From positions 8,520 through 72,519 of the forward strand of contig DASVNS010000240.1 of NCBI GenBank assembly GCA_036383735.1: DNA of 64,000 nucleotides, in the 5' to 3' direction. Source of the stretch: Phenylobacterium sp. GTDB taxonomy: Bacteria; Pseudomonadota; Alphaproteobacteria; Caulobacterales; Caulobacteraceae. The first letter of the stretch is position 1, and each line of letters starts with the position of its first letter. A model generated the notes under the pieces. It saw only the letters and a list, made by a program, of their open reading frames with translations. It searched no databases and was not told the DNA's origin. The position numbers were made by a program, and so were the translations under genes. Of the stretch, positions 9,181 to 19,781 are shown in pieces.

Positions 9181-9833
9181 TGGCCATGACCCGAGGCGTC
9201 CGCAAGTTCGCGCTGTTCGCGCATGTCGGCGCGTCCGTCGGGGTTCTGGGCGCGGTTCTAGGATTCCTGGTGCTCGCCGTCATCGGCCTGACCAGCCAGA
9301 ATGATCAACTCGTCCGCGCCGCCTATGTCGCGAACGGCTTCACCGCCAATCTCGTCATCGTCCCGATGATGGCCGCCGCCCTCCTCACCGGCCTGGTCTC
9401 GGCGTTAGGCACCAGGTGGGGCCTGTTCCGCTACTATTGGGTTCTTGTGAAACTCCTGATCACCGCCCTCGCCGCCCTCGTCCTGCTGATGCAGTTGAGG
9501 GGCATCGACTATGTGGCGAACGTCGCCGCGGCGCGGACGCTGGAGAGCGATTTCCGGGGGTTGCGCGCATCATTTGTGGTGCATTCGGCCGGAGGCCTCC
9601 TGGTCCTGCTCCTGCCCCTGCTGCTGTCGATCTACAAGCCGCCAGGCATGACCCGGCATGGGTGGCGCAAACAGCAACACCGTCCAGCCTGGTCAGCCCG
9701 TCCATCCACCTGCCGAAGTCTCCTTCCAACCGCCGCGCGAAGGGGCGGCATCCAAAACCGCCGAACTATGAGGGGGAGGCGCCGAGCGGTGCGTATGCTT
9801 CAACGAGACCGTCATCTCAGGGAAGACCAATGA
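9180..9833 (+). CDS. DUF2269-like membrane protein (C-terminal ~50 aa probably read-through)
   Basis: HVGASVG, LGTRWGLFRYYWVLVK, YKPPGMT motifs. Confidence 0.7.
   Translation: MAMTRGVRKFALFAHVGASVGVLGAVLGFLVLAVIGLTSQNDQLVRAAYVANGFTANLVIVPMMAAALLTGLVSALGTRWGLFRYYWVLVKLLITALAALVLLMQLRGIDYVANVAAARTLESDFRGLRASFVVHSAGGLLVLLLPLLLSIYKPPGMTRHGWRKQQHRPAWSARPSTCRSLLPTAARRGGIQNRRTMRGRRRAVRMLQRDRHLREDQ
9770..9796 (+). promoter_or_regulatory. ECF (CnrH-like) promoter for copCD
   Basis: GAGGG-N17-CGTAT. Confidence 0.7.
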
Positions 9834-10204
9834 TCAATCGCGCTCGCATGTCCATCATGGCCGCCGTCGGCGTCGGGGCCATGCTCGTCGCCACCCAAGC
9901 GTTCGCCCACGCCCATCTCGTCAGGTCGACGCCGGCCGACAACGCCACCCTGGCGGCCGCGCCGAAGACCATCACGCTCACCTTCAACGAAAAGCTCGTG
10001 CCAGCTTTCTCGAAGTTCGAGCTCACCATGCCGGAGCATGGCGGCATGAAGGTGCCGGTGAAGACGAGCGTCTCCAAGGACGGCAAGAGCATCACCGGCA
10101 CGCCCCAGAGCGCGCTGACGAAGGGCGCCTACAAGATCGTGTGGTCCGCGGCCTCGGCCGACGGCCACAAGATGAACGGCGAAGTGGCCTTCAAGGTCGG
10201 CTGA
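9830..10204 (+). CDS. copC: Periplasmic copper-binding protein CopC
   Basis: Signal peptide then HAHLVRSTPA; C-terminal SADGHKMNG. Confidence 0.93.
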   Translation: MINRARMSIMAAVGVGAMLVATQAFAHAHLVRSTPADNATLAAAPKTITLTFNEKLVPAFSKFELTMPEHGGMKVPVKTSVSKDGKSITGTPQSALTKGAYKIVWSAASADGHKMNGEVAFKVG

Positions 10205-10205
10205 C

Positions 10206-11135
10206 GTGCTCGAGCCTGCGGTCGTCACCCTCAGGCTGATGCAGTATGCGGGAGCGATGGTCCTCATGGGATCATCGCTCTTCTTCATCTATGCCCTCCC
10301 CTCAACCGGCGCCGGCTCCGCTGCGGAGGCGCCCTGGGCCCGCAGGCTCCTGGCGAGCGCAGGCGCTCTGCTGGCGCTCGCGACGCTGCTGTGGATCGCC
10401 GCCCAGGCCAGCGTGCTGGCCGGATCGATCGTGGAAGACCTCAAGCCCGAGACCCTCGGCGCCGTGGTGACGAGCATGGACCTCGGCAAGGCGGGGATTC
10501 TCCGGGCGGGCGTCGCCATCCTAGCCACGATCCTGGCTGCTATGTTGAGGCCGGCGCGCGCCAGCTGGATCGTCGCCGCCGCGCTCGGGACCGTCGCGAC
10601 CGCGACCTTCGCCTGGATGGGTCATGGCGCGGCGACCGAAGGCCCGCGCGGCCTGGTCCACCTAGCCGCCGACATCCTTCACAGCTGGGCTGGCGCCGTC
10701 TGGATCGGCGCGCTCGTAGCCTTCGCGCTGATCCTGCGCACCCGCAGCCCCACGCCGGCGGGCCTGGTCGCCCTGCACCGAGCCCTGCACGGTTTTTCCG
10801 GCGTGGGCACGCTGCTGGTGGCGGTCCTGGTGGCGAGCGGGCTCGTCAACAGCTGGTTCCTGGTCGGACTCGACCGGATCTCCGGCCTGTGGACCACGCC
10901 GTACGGGCGGCTCCTGAGCCTGAAATTGCTTCTGTTCGTGGCTATGCTCGGCTTGGCGGCCGCCAACCGCTTCCGGCTGACGCCCGCCCTAGCCCGCGGC
11001 CTGGACGAGTCGTCCCAGCAAGCCACAGCGCTCGTGGATCTGCGCCGCAGCATTGCGCTGGAGGCCGCCGCCGCGCTCGGCGTCATCGGGCTCGTGGCCT
11101 GGTTCGGCACGCTCGCGCCGCCGGCGGCCATGTGA
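10206..11135 (+). CDS. copD: Inner-membrane copper protein CopD
   Basis: WMGHGAA, HSWAGAVWIG, TTPYGRLL..K, AANRFRLTP; follows copC. Confidence 0.92.
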   Translation: MLEPAVVTLRLMQYAGAMVLMGSSLFFIYALPSTGAGSAAEAPWARRLLASAGALLALATLLWIAAQASVLAGSIVEDLKPETLGAVVTSMDLGKAGILRAGVAILATILAAMLRPARASWIVAAALGTVATATFAWMGHGAATEGPRGLVHLAADILHSWAGAVWIGALVAFALILRTRSPTPAGLVALHRALHGFSGVGTLLVAVLVASGLVNSWFLVGLDRISGLWTTPYGRLLSLKLLLFVAMLGLAAANRFRLTPALARGLDESSQQATALVDLRRSIALEAAAALGVIGLVAWFGTLAPPAAM

Positions 11136-11205
11136 AGTCATGACGCACCGCCTCGACACGCGAAATCGGGTGACAACGCTCGCTGTGGCGCTAGGCTCAC
11201 GGACG

Positions 11206-11586
11206 ATGCGCTTCCTGCTCGCCCTTCTGGCCGTGATCGGCCTCCTGGCCAGCCCGGCGTCCGCCGCGGCGGCCCAGGCGGTCTGCCAGGGTCATGGCGA
11301 GGCGATGATGAGCATGGCCATGCCGGACATGCCGGGGATGGACCACGCCGACGGCGCGGCCGACCCCTGCTGCGACCCCGCCAAGGACAAGGCCCCTTCC
11401 AAGCACGACGAGATGAGCTGCCTTCTCGCCTGCATGGCCATGTGCGGTGTGACGGCTGCGCTCCCCAACGCCCCACCTGTCAGCCTCTTGAAGCCTGACC
11501 ATGGCGCGCCCACGCCCGGGCGGATGGCGTCCTTGACGCCCCACGACCCTAGCCGCCTCGAACGACCTCCCAGACCGATCGCCTGA
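11206..11586 (+). CDS. CopL/DUF2946-like Cys-rich exported leader protein
   Basis: Signal peptide, Met-rich stretch, CC and CxxxCxxxC, C-terminal RLERPPR. Confidence 0.75.
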   Translation: MRFLLALLAVIGLLASPASAAAAQAVCQGHGEAMMSMAMPDMPGMDHADGAADPCCDPAKDKAPSKHDEMSCLLACMAMCGVTAALPNAPPVSLLKPDHGAPTPGRMASLTPHDPSRLERPPRPIA

Positions 11587-11680
11587 AGCCTGCGCTGCTC
11601 GCCTGCGAGCGGCGCACCGCGTGCAGAACACGGCCGGAGTCCCTCCGGCCATGATGATCGCTTCAATCGGGAGAGTTCCC

Positions 11681-11941
11681 ATGACCTATCGTATTTCCCT
11701 GACCGCTGCGGCCCTGGCCCTCGGCCTCGCCGCGGCCGCGACCGCCGCCTCCGCCCAGCCTTACGGCAAGGGCGGCAACTACAGCATGGCGCCGGTCCAA
11801 AGGCCGCCAGCGGCCCAAGCCGCCCCCACGCGGGACTGCGGCTGTCCGATGATGAAGGGCGACCAGGCCATGCGCGAGCAGTGCATGACCATGATGCGGG
11901 AGAACGTCCCGCCGGCGCCCAAGGGCGGCTCCGCCGGCTGA
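11681..11941 (+). CDS. Small secreted Cys/Met-rich protein
   Basis: GGAG SD; signal peptide; CGCPMM...CMTMM. Confidence 0.7.
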   Translation: MTYRISLTAAALALGLAAAATAASAQPYGKGGNYSMAPVQRPPAAQAAPTRDCGCPMMKGDQAMREQCMTMMRENVPPAPKGGSAG

Positions 11942-12060
11942 TCGCGATCGCCCCGCGCGCCCGGATCCCCTTGGGCGCGCGGTTTGCGAGGGCGCCGGCG
12001 GCCGGTCACCCGACCGTCGGCGCTTACGCGTCACCCGTGTTCTCTCAAGAGGAGACTCTC

Positions 12061-13287
12061 ATGCGGCCTCTTTGGCTGATGCTGGGCGCAGCGTTCTTGT
12101 CGAGCGCCGCCCAGGCCGCCCCCCTCACCTACTCAGCGGCGCTGCAGCGCGCCGCCGACGCCCCCACGCTCCAAGCCAAGGCGGCTGAGGTCACAGCCGC
12201 CCGCGCCGCAGCCGGGGCCGCAGGTCGCCTGCCGGATCCGAAGCTTCGGTTCGGCCTCGACAACTTTCCCGTCTCGGGGCCGCCGGCCTGGCGGTTCGGA
12301 CCGGAAAGCATGACCATGGCCACGGTCGGCGTGATGCAGGACATCCCCAACGGCGCGAAGCGGCGCGCCGAGCGGGAGCGGGCGGCCGCCGACATCGGCG
12401 CAGCCGAGTCCGGGCAGGCGGTCGAAACCCGCAACGTCCGCCTCGCCGCGGCGCTGGCCTGGGTCGACCTCTATTACGCCCAGCGCAAGCTTGCGGCCCT
12501 GGAGGAGATTTCTGCCGCCCTGAGGCCGCTGCGCGACACCGCGCCGGCGCAGGTGGCGGCCGGCTCGAGCCGACCGGCCGCTGCCTTGGAAGCGGACGAA
12601 CTCACGGCGGCGCTCGGCGACAGACGCGCCGAACTGCTGGCGGCTGCGGCCAAGGCGCGGGCGGAACTGTCGCGCTGGACCGGAGAGCCTGAGCCCGAGG
12701 CGACAGGGGCTTCGCCGCCGCAGGAGGTGGACGCACCGGTGCTGCGCGCCGCCCTCGACCAGCACCCGGCGCTGCTCGCCTATGACGCGACGGGCCGTCA
12801 GGCCGCGGCCGATCTGGCGGCGGCGCGAGCGGACAAGCGGCCCGACTGGAGCTGGGAGCTCGCCTACCACCGGCGTGATCCGATGTGGGGGGATATGGTC
12901 TCACTGGGCGGGACCGTCAGCCTGCCGATCTTCCCGGGCCGGCGGCAGGACCCGAAGATCGCCGCCAAGGCCGCCAGCGCCGGTCGCGTAAGCGCCGAGC
13001 GCGAGGCCATGCGGCGGCAGCTGCGCGCCCAGCTTGACGCGGACCTGGCCGACCACGCCATGCACCACGACCGAATGATCCGCGCCAAGGAAACGCTCGT
13101 GCCCCTCGCCCGACGCAAGGCGGATCTGGAGACGGCCAGTTATGCGGCCGGCAGCGCCAGCCTCTCCGACGTGCTCCAGGCCTTCCTGGGCCTGGCGGAA
13201 GCCCGCGTCGGCGCGCTGGACCGAGAAGGCGACGTCGTCCGCGAGGCGGCGCGCATCAACCTCAGCTACGGAGTCGGCGAGCCATGA
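12061..13287 (+). CDS. cusC: TolC-family outer-membrane factor (CusC-like)
   Basis: AGRLPDPKL, VMQDIPN motifs; first gene of the RND triad; GAGGAG SD. Confidence 0.85.
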   Translation: MRPLWLMLGAAFLSSAAQAAPLTYSAALQRAADAPTLQAKAAEVTAARAAAGAAGRLPDPKLRFGLDNFPVSGPPAWRFGPESMTMATVGVMQDIPNGAKRRAERERAAADIGAAESGQAVETRNVRLAAALAWVDLYYAQRKLAALEEISAALRPLRDTAPAQVAAGSSRPAAALEADELTAALGDRRAELLAAAAKARAELSRWTGEPEPEATGASPPQEVDAPVLRAALDQHPALLAYDATGRQAAADLAAARADKRPDWSWELAYHRRDPMWGDMVSLGGTVSLPIFPGRRQDPKIAAKAASAGRVSAEREAMRRQLRAQLDADLADHAMHHDRMIRAKETLVPLARRKADLETASYAAGSASLSDVLQAFLGLAEARVGALDREGDVVREAARINLSYGVGEP

Positions 13288-14759
13288 GCGCCCTCAATCT
13301 CACCCGCGTTCAGCTGGCGGCCGGAGCCGCGGCCGTGGCGCTGATCGGCGCCCTCGGCGGCTATGGTTTGGCGCAGCTGCGCCAGCCCGCGCCGGCCGCG
13401 GGCGCACGCCCGGAGGCCGGGCGCCAGGTCCTCTACTGGTACGATCCGATGGTTCCGGGGCAGCGCTTCGACAAACCCGGGAAGTCGCCGTTCATGGATA
13501 TGCAGCTGGTCCCGAAATATGCCGGCGAAGGTCCCGGCGAGGCCGGAGTTCAGGTGGATCCGGCCCGGGTCCAGAACCTGGGCGTTCGCCTCGCGAGCGT
13601 TGCGCGTGGAACCTTGCCGAGTGGCGTGACCGCAACCGGCGTCATCGACTTCAATGAACGCGACGTGGCCATCGTCCAGGCCAAGGCCGCGGGCTTCGTC
13701 CAGCGCGTGTACGGCCGCGCGCCCGGCGACGTCGTCGGCGCAGGCGCCCCTTTGGCGAACGTACTGATCCCCGAATGGGCCGGCGCGCAGGGCGAATACC
13801 TGGCGGTGCGTCGCTCGGGCGATGCCGCCCTGATCCAGGCCGCGCGCCAGCGGCTACAGCTCCTGGGCATGTCGGCCGCCCTCATCAGCGCCGTGGAACG
13901 CAGCGGTGAAGTGCGAAATGTCGTCACCGTCTCGACCCCGACCGGCGGGGTCATCAAGACCCTGGCGGTGCGAAGCGGCATGACCGTCTCGGCCGGCGAA
14001 ACGCTGGCGGAGGTCAACGGCCTCGGCCGGGTCTGGCTGAATGCAGCGGTCCCGGAGGCCATGGCCGGCCAGGTCCGCCTCGGCGAGGCTGTCACGGCAA
14101 CGCTCGCCGCTTATCCGGGGCAAACCTTCAACGGCCGGGTCACCGCGATCCTGCCGCAGGCGCAGGCGGAGAGCCGCACGCTCACCGCACGTGTCGAGCT
14201 GCCGAACCCCGGCGGACGCCTCAGGCCCGGCATGTTCGCTTCGGTCCAGTTCGGCGGTCTGGCGCAACCGGCGCTGCTCGTGCCTTCGGAGGCGGTGATC
14301 CGCACGGGCAAGCGGACGCTGGTCATGTTGGCCCGCCCCGGCGGCCGCTACGAGCCTGCCGAAATCCGCGTCGGGCGAGAGGCGGGCGGACGCACCGAGG
14401 TGCTCGCTGGTCTTTCCGACGGCGAGAAGGTGGTGGCCTCCAGCCAATTCCTGCTCGACAGCGAAGCGAGCCTTTCTGGCGTCCAGGCGCGACCTGTCAC
14501 AACGGCCACGCCGCCCAAATCCCAGGCGGCGGCGCTCTACGACAGCGTCGGGCGGATCGAGCAGATCTCGCCGACCAGCGTGACCCTTTCCCATCAGTCG
14601 GTGCCGGCCATCGGCTGGCCGGCCATGACCATGACCTTCAAACTGGCCGCTCCGCCGCTCGTCCAAGGCCTGAAGGTCGGTGACCAAGTGGCCTTCAGCT
14701 TCGAGCAGGCCGCGAGCGGTCCAACCGTCCGGCGGATGAGCAAGGCGGTCGCCCGATGA
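13284..14759 (+). CDS. cusB: CusB membrane fusion protein with C-terminal CusF domain
   Basis: [15 protein letters not shown]; LRPGMF; C-terminal [16 protein letters not shown]. Confidence 0.92.
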   Translation: MSALNLTRVQLAAGAAAVALIGALGGYGLAQLRQPAPAAGARPEAGRQVLYWYDPMVPGQRFDKPGKSPFMDMQLVPKYAGEGPGEAGVQVDPARVQNLGVRLASVARGTLPSGVTATGVIDFNERDVAIVQAKAAGFVQRVYGRAPGDVVGAGAPLANVLIPEWAGAQGEYLAVRRSGDAALIQAARQRLQLLGMSAALISAVERSGEVRNVVTVSTPTGGVIKTLAVRSGMTVSAGETLAEVNGLGRVWLNAAVPEAMAGQVRLGEAVTATLAAYPGQTFNGRVTAILPQAQAESRTLTARVELPNPGGRLRPGMFASVQFGGLAQPALLVPSEAVIRTGKRTLVMLARPGGRYEPAEIRVGREAGGRTEVLAGLSDGEKVVASSQFLLDSEASLSGVQARPVTTATPPKSQAAALYDSVGRIEQISPTSVTLSHQSVPAIGWPAMTMTFKLAAPPLVQGLKVGDQVAFSFEQAASGPTVRRMSKAVAR

Positions 14760-17700
14760 TCGCCGCCGTCATCCGCGCCTCGGTGCGCGGCCGGTTTTTG
14801 GTCCTCTTGGCGGCCCTGGCCCTCCTGGTCGCCGGCGGGCTCGCGCTGCGTTCCACGCCCGTGGACGCTCTGCCGGACCTTTCCGACGTCCAGGTGGTGA
14901 TCCGCACGACCTATGCCGGCCAGGCGCCGCAGATCGTGGAGAACCAGGTCACCTATCCCCTGACCACCACCATGCTCTCGGTGCCGGGCGCCAAGACCGT
15001 GCGCGGCTATTCCTTCTTCGGGGACAGCTTCGTTTACGTGATCTTCGAGGACGGCACCGACCTCTATTGGGCCCGCTCGCGGGTGCTGGAGTACCTGAAC
15101 CAGGTGCAAAGCCGGCTTCCAGCCTCCGCCAAACCCTCGCTGGGACCGGACGCCACAGGCGTCGGCTGGATCTACGAATACGCCCTGGTGGACCGCAGCG
15201 GGCGCCACGACCTCTCACAGCTACGCGGCTTGCAGGACTGGTTCCTGCGCTACGAGCTGAAGACCGTGCCGGGCGTCGCCGAAGTCGCCAGCATCGGCGG
15301 CATGGTGCGCCAGTACCAGGTGGTGCTCGATCCCGCCAAGCTCGCCGGCTACGGCGTCACCCACAGCCAAGCGGTGGAAGCCATCCGGCGCGCTAACCAG
15401 GAGGCCGGCGGCTCCGTGCTGGAGATGGGCGAGGCCGAGTACATGGTCCGCGCCTCGGGCTATCTCAAAACGCTCGACGACTTCCGGGCCATACCCCTGC
15501 GCACCGCGGCCGGGGGCGTTCCGGTGCGGCTGGGCGACCTCGCGACCATCCAGCTCGGGCCGGAGATGCGCCGCGGAATCGCCGAGCTGAACGGCCAGGG
15601 CGAGGTCGCGGGCGGCGTGGTGATCCTGCGCTCCGGCAAGAACGCCCGCGCCACCCTGGCGGGGGTGAAGGACAAAATCGAAGAGCTGAAGCGCAGCCTG
15701 CCGGCCGGGGTGGAGGTGATCACCACCTACGACCGCTCCCAGCTCATCGACCGCGCGATCGCCAACCTTAGCCAGAAACTGCTGGAGGAGTTCGTCGTTG
15801 TCGGCATCGTCTGCGCGCTGTTCCTCTGGCACGCCCGCTCGGCCCTCGTGGCGATCCTTACCCTCCCCCTTGGGGTGCTGTTCGCCCTGCTAGTGATGCG
15901 AGTGCAGGGGGTGAACGCCAACATCATGTCGCTGGGCGGCATCGCCATCGCCATCGGCGCCATGGTCGACGCCGCCGTGGTGATGATCGAGAACGCCCAC
16001 AAGCGTTTGGAACGCTGGGAGCACGACCACCCCGGCGAAGAGCTCAAGGGCGAGCCCCGCTGGCGGGTGATCACCGACGCGGCGGCCGAGGTCGGACCCG
16101 CCCTCTTCCTCAGCCTGGTGATCATCACCTTGTCCTTCGTGCCGGTGTTCGCCCTCCAGGCGCAGGAGGGGCGGCTGTTCTCCCCGCTCGCCTTCACCAA
16201 GAGCTACGCGATGGCGGGCGCGGCGATCCTCTCGGTGACGCTCGTGCCGGTGCTGATGGGCTACCTGATCCGCGGCCGCATTCCGGCCGAGGACGCCAAT
16301 CCGGTGAACCGCTGGCTGACCCACATCTATCGGCCCGCCATCGACTGGGTGCTGCGCAAGCCCAAGACCGTCCTGGTCGTGGCCCTGCTGGCCTTCGCCA
16401 CCACCGCTTGGCCGCTCAGCCGCCTCGGCGGCGAATTCATCCCGCCGATGGACGAGGGCGATCTGCTCTACATGCCCTCGGCCCTGCCGGGGATGTCGGC
16501 GGCCAAAGCCTCGGAGCTGCTGCAGCAGACCGATCGGCTGATCAAGACGGTGCCCGAGGTGAAGAGCGTGTTCGGCAAGGCGGGCCGGGCCGAGACCGCC
16601 ACCGACCCCGCGCCGCTGGAGATGTTCGAGACGACCATCCAGCTCAAGCCGCGAAGCGAATGGCGGCCTGGTATGACCCCGGAGAAGCTGACCGAGGAAC
16701 TCGACCGGGTGGTGAAGGTCCCCGGCCTCGCCAACGTCTGGGTGCCGCCGATCCGCAATCGCATCGACATGCTGGCCACCGGCATCAAGAGTCCGATCGG
16801 GGTGAAGGTCTCGGGAACCGATCTCGCCCAGCTCGATCGCGTCGCCGCCCAAGTCGAGGCGGTCGCGAAGAAGACGCCGGGCGTCAGCTCGGCCCTGGCG
16901 GAACGGCTGACCGGCGGCCGCTATGTCGATGTGAACATCGATCGCGCCGCCGCCGCCCGCTTCGGGCTGAACACCATGGACGTTCAGGAAATCGTTTCCG
17001 GCGCCGTAGGCGGCGAGAACATCGGCGAGACGGTCGAAGGGGTCGCCCGATACCCGATCAATGTCCGCTATCCCCGTGAGCTGCGCGACAGCCTGGAAGG
17101 CCTGCGCTCGCTCCCCATCCTCACGCCCGCCGGCCAGCAGATCACGCTCGGGACCGTCGCCGCGATCGAGATCGTCGACGGCCCGCCGATGCTCAAGACC
17201 GAGAACGCCCGGCCCTCGACCTGGGTCTATGTGGACGTCCGCGGCCGCGACCTGAGCTCCGTGGTCACCGACTTGCAGCGAACCGTCGCCCAGGAGGTGA
17301 AGCTGCCGGCCGGCGTCTCCATCGCCTACTCCGGCCAGTTCGAGTACCTGCAGCGGGCCGCCGAGCGCCTGAAGCTGGTGGTTCCGGCCACGCTCGCGAT
17401 CATCTTCCTGCTGCTCTACGCGACGTTCCGCCGATGGGATGAGGCGGCCCTGATCATGGGGACCCTGCCCTTTGCGCTCACCGGCGGCATCTGGGCGCTG
17501 TACCTGCTGGGCTACCACCAGTCGGTCGCCACCGGGGTCGGCTTCATTGCGCTCGCCGGCGTATCGGCGGAATTCGGCGTGGTGATGCTGATCTATCTGA
17601 AATCCGCCCTCGCGGAGCGCGGGCCGAATCCTAGCAAGGCCGAGCTGATGGATGCTGTCCGCGAGGGCGCCCTGCTCCGGGTTCGACCCAAGGCGATGAC

Positions 17701-17914
17701 CGTCGCGGTGATCCTGGCTGGCCTTGCGCCCATCCTCATCGGCCACGGCGCCGGATCGGAGGTCATGAGCCGCATCGCCGCCCCGATGATCGGCGGCATG
17801 CTGACCGCGCCGCTGCTCTCCATGCTGGTCATTCCGGCCGGCTATCTACTGCTCCGGCGCCGATGGCCGGATCGCGTTCGCCCCACCGCTTCAACTGAAG
17901 GAGACACCCCATGA
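14756..17914 (+). CDS. cusA: CusA heavy-metal RND permease
   Basis: [40 protein letters not shown]. Confidence 0.97.
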   Translation: MIAAVIRASVRGRFLVLLAALALLVAGGLALRSTPVDALPDLSDVQVVIRTTYAGQAPQIVENQVTYPLTTTMLSVPGAKTVRGYSFFGDSFVYVIFEDGTDLYWARSRVLEYLNQVQSRLPASAKPSLGPDATGVGWIYEYALVDRSGRHDLSQLRGLQDWFLRYELKTVPGVAEVASIGGMVRQYQVVLDPAKLAGYGVTHSQAVEAIRRANQEAGGSVLEMGEAEYMVRASGYLKTLDDFRAIPLRTAAGGVPVRLGDLATIQLGPEMRRGIAELNGQGEVAGGVVILRSGKNARATLAGVKDKIEELKRSLPAGVEVITTYDRSQLIDRAIANLSQKLLEEFVVVGIVCALFLWHARSALVAILTLPLGVLFALLVMRVQGVNANIMSLGGIAIAIGAMVDAAVVMIENAHKRLERWEHDHPGEELKGEPRWRVITDAAAEVGPALFLSLVIITLSFVPVFALQAQEGRLFSPLAFTKSYAMAGAAILSVTLVPVLMGYLIRGRIPAEDANPVNRWLTHIYRPAIDWVLRKPKTVLVVALLAFATTAWPLSRLGGEFIPPMDEGDLLYMPSALPGMSAAKASELLQQTDRLIKTVPEVKSVFGKAGRAETATDPAPLEMFETTIQLKPRSEWRPGMTPEKLTEELDRVVKVPGLANVWVPPIRNRIDMLATGIKSPIGVKVSGTDLAQLDRVAAQVEAVAKKTPGVSSALAERLTGGRYVDVNIDRAAAARFGLNTMDVQEIVSGAVGGENIGETVEGVARYPINVRYPRELRDSLEGLRSLPILTPAGQQITLGTVAAIEIVDGPPMLKTENARPSTWVYVDVRGRDLSSVVTDLQRTVAQEVKLPAGVSIAYSGQFEYLQRAAERLKLVVPATLAIIFLLLYATFRRWDEAALIMGTLPFALTGGIWALYLLGYHQSVATGVGFIALAGVSAEFGVVMLIYLKSALAERGPNPSKAELMDAVREGALLRVRPKAMTVAVILAGLAPILIGHGAGSEVMSRIAAPMIGGMLTAPLLSMLVIPAGYLLLRRRWPDRVRPTASTEGDTP

Positions 17915-18294
17915 AGCGCATTACCACGACTCTCGCCGCCGTTGGCCTCGCCGGACTCCTGGCTGCGTGCAACCCGAAGCCGGCCGAAACCGCGGCGGCC
18001 CCCGAGGCCGCGCCGCCCACGCCCGCGGCGGCGCCCGCCAAGGACGAGATGGCGGGCATGAACATGGCCGGCGACGCCAAGATGGCCAAAGGCACGGGCA
18101 CCGTCACGGCGGTCAGCGCCGACAAGATCACTATCGACCACGGCCCCATCCCCGAGGCGAACTGGCCTGCCATGACGATGGGATTCAAGGCTGCGCCTGA
18201 GATCGCCAAACAGGTGAAGGCCGGCGACAAGGTGGCCTTCGACCTGAAGCTGGAAGGCGGCGCCGGCGAGGTCACCGCGATCCGCAAGCAGTAG
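17911..18294 (+). CDS. cusF: CusF-like copper chaperone (lipoprotein)
   Basis: LAAC lipobox; [16 protein letters not shown]. Confidence 0.9.
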   Translation: MKRITTTLAAVGLAGLLAACNPKPAETAAAPEAAPPTPAAAPAKDEMAGMNMAGDAKMAKGTGTVTAVSADKITIDHGPIPEANWPAMTMGFKAAPEIAKQVKAGDKVAFDLKLEGGAGEVTAIRKQ

Positions 18295-18353
18295 CCGGAC
18301 GCAAGCAGGAGGGCGCGCACTCCGTCGCGCCCTCACCCGGTCGCGCGCCCGCC

Positions 18354-18803
18354 TCAGCCGTGGCGCGCGAACACCCGCGTCTTGCCGCCCGGCAGCAGAA
18401 GCAGCGTCTGGTAGTGCTCCTTGCGCCCGTCGGGCATCTCCATGCCGGGCGATCCCATGGGCATGCCCGGGACGGTGATTCCCAGCGCCTTCGGCCGCTC
18501 CCTCAGGAGCCGACCGATGTCAGCGGGCGGGACGTGTCCCACGGTCACGTAGCCGCCGATCGTGGCCAGATGGCAGGAGGAGAGCTCGAACGGAACGCCG
18601 TGGCGCTTGCCGATCGGCGTGACGTCTTCGACGACAATCACCTTCGGCCGGTAGCCCGCCCGGGTCATGATCGTGATCCAGCCCCTGCAGCATCCGCACG
18701 AGGCGGTCTTGTAGACGGTCAGGGGCGGCGGAGCGGCCGCCCTAGCCTGCGGCGCCGCCAGGGCGGCGGCAGCGGCGGCTAGCAGTTCACGGCGAAGCAT
18801 CAT
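18354..18803 (-). CDS. copG: DUF411/CopG-like protein
   Basis: Tat-like RR signal; CGCC..W, SCH, GHVP, PGMPMGSPGME. Confidence 0.88.
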   Translation of the reverse strand: MMLRRELLAAAAAALAAPQARAAAPPPLTVYKTASCGCCRGWITIMTRAGYRPKVIVVEDVTPIGKRHGVPFELSSCHLATIGGYVTVGHVPPADIGRLLRERPKALGITVPGMPMGSPGMEMPDGRKEHYQTLLLLPGGKTRVFARHG

Positions 18804-18824
18804 CGAACATCAGCTCCCATGGGG

Positions 18825-19070
18825 TCAGCGCCGCCCGCCGCAACAGGACGCCGTGGCGGCCGGCACGGCTTCCTCAGCCTCCACAGGAGTGTAGCCGGCC
18901 TCCCGAATGGCGTCGCGCACCGCCGAGCCGGCTGCGGACGTCGCGACCTCCAGCGACTTGCTCTGCAGGTCAATGCCGACCTGGGCCGCCGGATCGACGC
19001 CCTTCACCGCCGCGGTGATCGCCTGCACGCAGTGGCCGCAGCTCATGTCGTCGACTTGGTAGCGAAGCAT
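18825..19070 (-). CDS. copZ: CopZ-like HMA chaperone with C-terminal CCGG tail
   Basis: MSCGHC; GGAGG SD before ATG 19070. Confidence 0.88.
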   Translation of the reverse strand: MLRYQVDDMSCGHCVQAITAAVKGVDPAAQVGIDLQSKSLEVATSAAGSAVRDAIREAGYTPVEAEEAVPAATASCCGGRR

Positions 19071-19101
19071 GGGAACCTCCTCGGTCAAAGCCTCGCCGGA
19101 A

Positions 19102-19132
19102 CAGATGGGGTTTCCCACGATGGGAAGGTCAA
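19102..19132 (-). promoter_or_regulatory. CueR promoter for copZ-copG
   Basis: TTGACC-TTCCCATCGTGGGAAACCC(19)-CATCTG. Confidence 0.85.
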
Positions 19133-19145
19133 GACCCAGGCGGCC

Positions 19146-19643
19146 CTAAAGTCTTTCAAGGATCGCCTTCATCTGCCCTATTTCCCGAGTCTGCGACTCG
19201 ATGATTCCGTCTGGCCCGAAGCAGAGTGCACGCAGCTCCGGATCCTTGAGCGAGGCTTCCTTGCACATCAGCAGGGCGCCGGAATGGTGCGGAATCATCG
19301 ACCGCACGAACTGGCGATCGCCGACCAGGCCTTGCGCCCGGATGCCGATCAGCGAGAGCACGAAGATGGCGACGAAGGCGACGTGCAAGACGACGTTCAG
19401 CTTGGTGTTCATGTACATAGCTTTCATCGTCAGCAACATGACGATGGCCATCGGCGCCCACATCACGAGCGCCATGTAGAAGAAGTTGATGTTTTGGATG
19501 AACTCGCCCCAGCCGAAGATCATCGCGAACATCGCAAAATACATAATCGCCAGGCTCAGAGCCAAGTTGACGGCCAGCATCACATAGTGCTGCCGCCCCT
19601 CCGTCGCGCTCGCGCTGGACTCGTCGTGGTGGGCATTTTTCAC
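19146..19643 (-). CDS. Membrane-anchored DUF305 protein
   Basis: 3 TM then MIPHHSGALLMC and IIESQTREI. Confidence 0.85.
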   Translation of the reverse strand: MKNAHHDESSASATEGRQHYVMLAVNLALSLAIMYFAMFAMIFGWGEFIQNINFFYMALVMWAPMAIVMLLTMKAMYMNTKLNVVLHVAFVAIFVLSLIGIRAQGLVGDRQFVRSMIPHHSGALLMCKEASLKDPELRALCFGPDGIIESQTREIGQMKAILERL

Positions 19644-19781
19644 GTCAACCTCCTGAGAGATGTCGCCCCCACGACTGCAATCCCTGCTTCAGCGTCCGCG
19701 ACATTAGCGGATGCCTGAGCTCAGATCTGATCGAGCTAGGCGCCGCACGGAGACGTCCCCCGTCGCCCTCGTCTCGACAAC

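Noticed and set aside
11953-11985. Hairpin before cusC as a terminator
   Set aside because: Strong 10-bp stem but only T3; could be an mRNA stability or attenuation element, not supportable as a terminator
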